DNA from: Monocercomonoides exilis PA203
Taxonomy: Eukaryota; Protista; Preaxostyla
Reading direction: 5' to 3'
Length of the DNA: 64,000 nucleotides
Assembly: GCA_001643675.2 (NCBI GenBank)
Contig: LSRY02000009.1
Span: forward strand, 1,302,001-1,366,000
This document shows, piece by piece, positions 61,391 to 64,000 of the stretch. The notes beneath the pieces were generated by a model. That model did not search any database. It was not told the DNA's origin and saw only the letters and a list, made by a program, of their open reading frames with translations. How positions within the stretch are numbered: position 1 is the stretch's first letter; the number at the start of each line of letters is the position of its first letter. The translations under genes were made by a program, and so were the position numbers.

Positions 61391-64000
61391 TTATTTATGG
61401 AAGTAATCCAGAAAATTAAAGCGATTAAGTGTTTGCTTCTGTGCGCGATATGAAAGAGGAATGACTTGTACTGATGATGAATTTGGTGGCTGAGAGGAAA
61501 CAGCAGACACAACAAATAAAGACAGCTCTTTGAAATTAACAACAATTAATGCTGCAGTTGAGTTTGAGAAAATCTCAATTAATGATTTTCCTGCTTTTTG
61601 CTTCAATAAAGATAACGAAGAATACAAAGATGAAAAAAATTCAGATGAAGTCAAAGCAGAAGAAATACAAACAAATCACTTTTCACCAAACGCTTCTGCT
61701 GATAGCTGTTTCATTTATTCTTGCAAGATGATCACAGAGTGAGAAACATTATCAAACCATCAACAATTGCACTTAACACAAATAATGGTGTTTGAAAACA
61801 ACACTGGCTCTTCTGACGTGATTGTACAGTCGCCCAGCATCAGATTTCCGCTCTTTACTCCAAAGACAGAGCGATGCGGAGAAGCGAAGCTGAAGCCGGA
61901 GACGATGTTCATCCCCAAAATCTCACATTCCTCTGACGAAGACACAACACAATCTGCACTTCCATCCGTCTGAGCGATTTCGCAGTTGAACTCAAAAACA
62001 GCTGGGCTGCCTCCGACTGTCTGCACTGTCGCTGATGAAATGGCTGCCTCTGCTGAAACAGCTGCCTTCTTCACCACCAGCACGTTCTGGTACGGCTCGT
62101 CGTTCAGATGCCGCACAGCCTCGCTCAGCGTCTCACACGGGTCTTCCCTTCGCCCACAGTTCTTCTCGTTCTTCCCTTTCTCTCCTGACACAAATACCCG
62201 CTCTGACTTGTAGAACACAATAAATGGCACCAAATCAATCGGCTCCTCCTCCACTTTGTCCATCTCGTAGATTACATTATCTCTGTCGAAAGCCAACTCA
62301 CTGAAGTCCATAACAAACAGCGCCTCGTTGATCTGCTCAGCAATCGATCGGAAGACAATGTAAAGATCCTTCGACACACTCGCTCTGTTCAAAAAAAACC
62401 GAATCAGCCGAAATTTGATTGGCAGCGCCTTCGCTTTCTTCGCAGACTGTGCATCTGAATCTTCTGGATCGTCCAGGCAGCTCAATGCAATTGTGCCTCC
62501 TTTTCCTTCACTCGTTAAGCACACACCTGTTACAAAAGACGACAGATTCGCCAGCAGACTGCCTTCATTTGCCCAGCTGTCAGTCAGCCCACCCGCCTTC
62601 TCCTTCATCCACACACAAAACGCCCCTCCCAGCTGATACTCACTCTTGCAGTCGCTGAATGTCGAGTTGTCCATCGTCAGCACCACAGACAGCGCGCTCT
62701 CATAAGAAATGATCGATGCCTTCGCATTTGTGCTGCGGATGAGATGCCACTGAAGATTCTTCAGTCTAATTTCGCTTTCTTTCATTTCTTTGCCATTCCC
62801 TGATAAAATTGATTCATCATTTCCCTTCTCTTCTGCATCCCCCACAGAAATAAACGATCCATCTGCAAAATTCAGAACATCAACAGAAAACATGCTTGCC
62901 ACAAAATGTGCAACCGGTGAAGCAAGTTGGATGGCAGATGTCGCAAAGGAGAGTTCTGCCATTTTGGACTCTTCAATCGAAAGTGTCCCAGACGAAACAT
63001 GGAAAAGCACAAACGCAATGCCTTTTTCTGCTGTCTGCATCGCAAAGGAGCATTTGCTAAGCGTGGCTGTTTCCGTCTCAATGAAAAGAGGTTACTTTTG
63101 AAGTGTTTCGAAAGACGAAGGCAGGAAGAAGTTGATGGAGGTAGTGTTGAGCATAAGCTTGTTTGTGAGCACAGCCTCAGAAGGATCAGAAAGAGATTGA
63201 ATAGCTTTTCCCACATTGATTGTGCATTCATCTGAGGAAGGCTCATCAGAAGAGGAAGAAGAAGAATAGCCAGGAGAAGAGGGAACAGCTGGGCTTATTG
63301 AGCTGTTTGAAAGGTCCCACTCGTCTGTAATGGCAGCACTTGTGTTGATTATGATTTCTCTGAACTGAACTCCTTCTCTGAAATGCCTCATTCCTTCCCA
63401 AAACGACAGGCAAGGCTCCGTTTCTGATCCGCACCCATGGATGTCTCTTCCACTCGACGACACAACAACAGAAGTGTCTGTGTGCTCAAACTGCAGCTTG
63501 TCCAATGAAACTCCTTCTGAAAAGTTCACTTCGTCTAACCCAAAGAAAGCCGTTGTATTCTTCCATTCAGTCCAATCAAACATCACAAAACACCAAATCA
63601 GACAAAGAAAATCCATCGATCGAGTTGCAGCAGCTCAGATACAAAAACCCTCCTTTTCCTTTGAAAGTCGAACAAATACAAACAACTCAGAATTCACACC
63701 ATTCCTCAGATCATTCGCCACAATGAACATGTCTCTTCCCTTGCGCTATGTTTCCTCCAATCCTTATGTCTGAAAATGAATATCTGTCATTGTTGTCTGT
63801 TGCACATGTCAAATTAATTCCTCCGCCACATCCTTCAGAACTGCTGCAGATGCTGTTCGTCATTCCCACATTCCTCGTTTTCAGCTGTTCATCTGCCACT
63901 TTCAGCTCAAAAGACATCGCTCCTCCATTTTAGCATCTTTCAGATCCGAATGTCTGGAAGGTGTATCCAACAACTTCGATTTCGTAGATATTCTGAAGAT
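61391..64000 (-). pseudogene. Frameshifted large Pmp-like surface protein, continuing beyond the window
   Basis: GCGGGINL, DIHGCGSETEPCLSF, LGGAFCV, GKGGTIAL and KNCGRREDPCETLSEA in consecutive ORFs in different frames. Confidence 0.75.

Noticed and set aside
1-64000. tRNA or rRNA genes
   Set aside because: I did not see a cloverleaf with a TTCGA T-loop or any rRNA-like conserved stretch by eye; tRNAscan-SE or barrnap would be needed to exclude them.

Overview
AT-rich eukaryotic DNA, dense in repeats and pseudogenes, with short GT(TTG)..AG introns and the standard genetic code. The gene families and intron style suggest an oxymonad such as Monocercomonoides; this is inferred from sequence style only. 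Most of the window is decayed copies of a large surface-protein family (Pmp-like/beta-helix repeats, one copy with a TM helix and degenerate kinase tail), low-complexity ORFs and transposon relics. Five things stand out. (1) A Sola-like DDD transposase with a complete ubiquitin-specific protease (USP, peptidase C19) domain embedded inside it (38690-42410). A diverged sister copy lies at the left window edge, and a related free-standing USP lies at 29430-30824. (2) Two near-identical 507-bp inverted repeats (37897-38403 and 52455-52961), each holding a 386-bp three-level nested palindrome. They bracket a 15-kb block containing that transposase. (3) A second 832-bp inverted repeat nested inside that block. 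(4) A ~146-nt GC-rich island (51557-51702) that folds on the + strand into a multi-helix, pseudoknotted RNA with a cUNCGg tetraloop. (5) A Merlin/IS1595-type transposase pseudogene and a GT25-like protein lacking its catalytic motifs.
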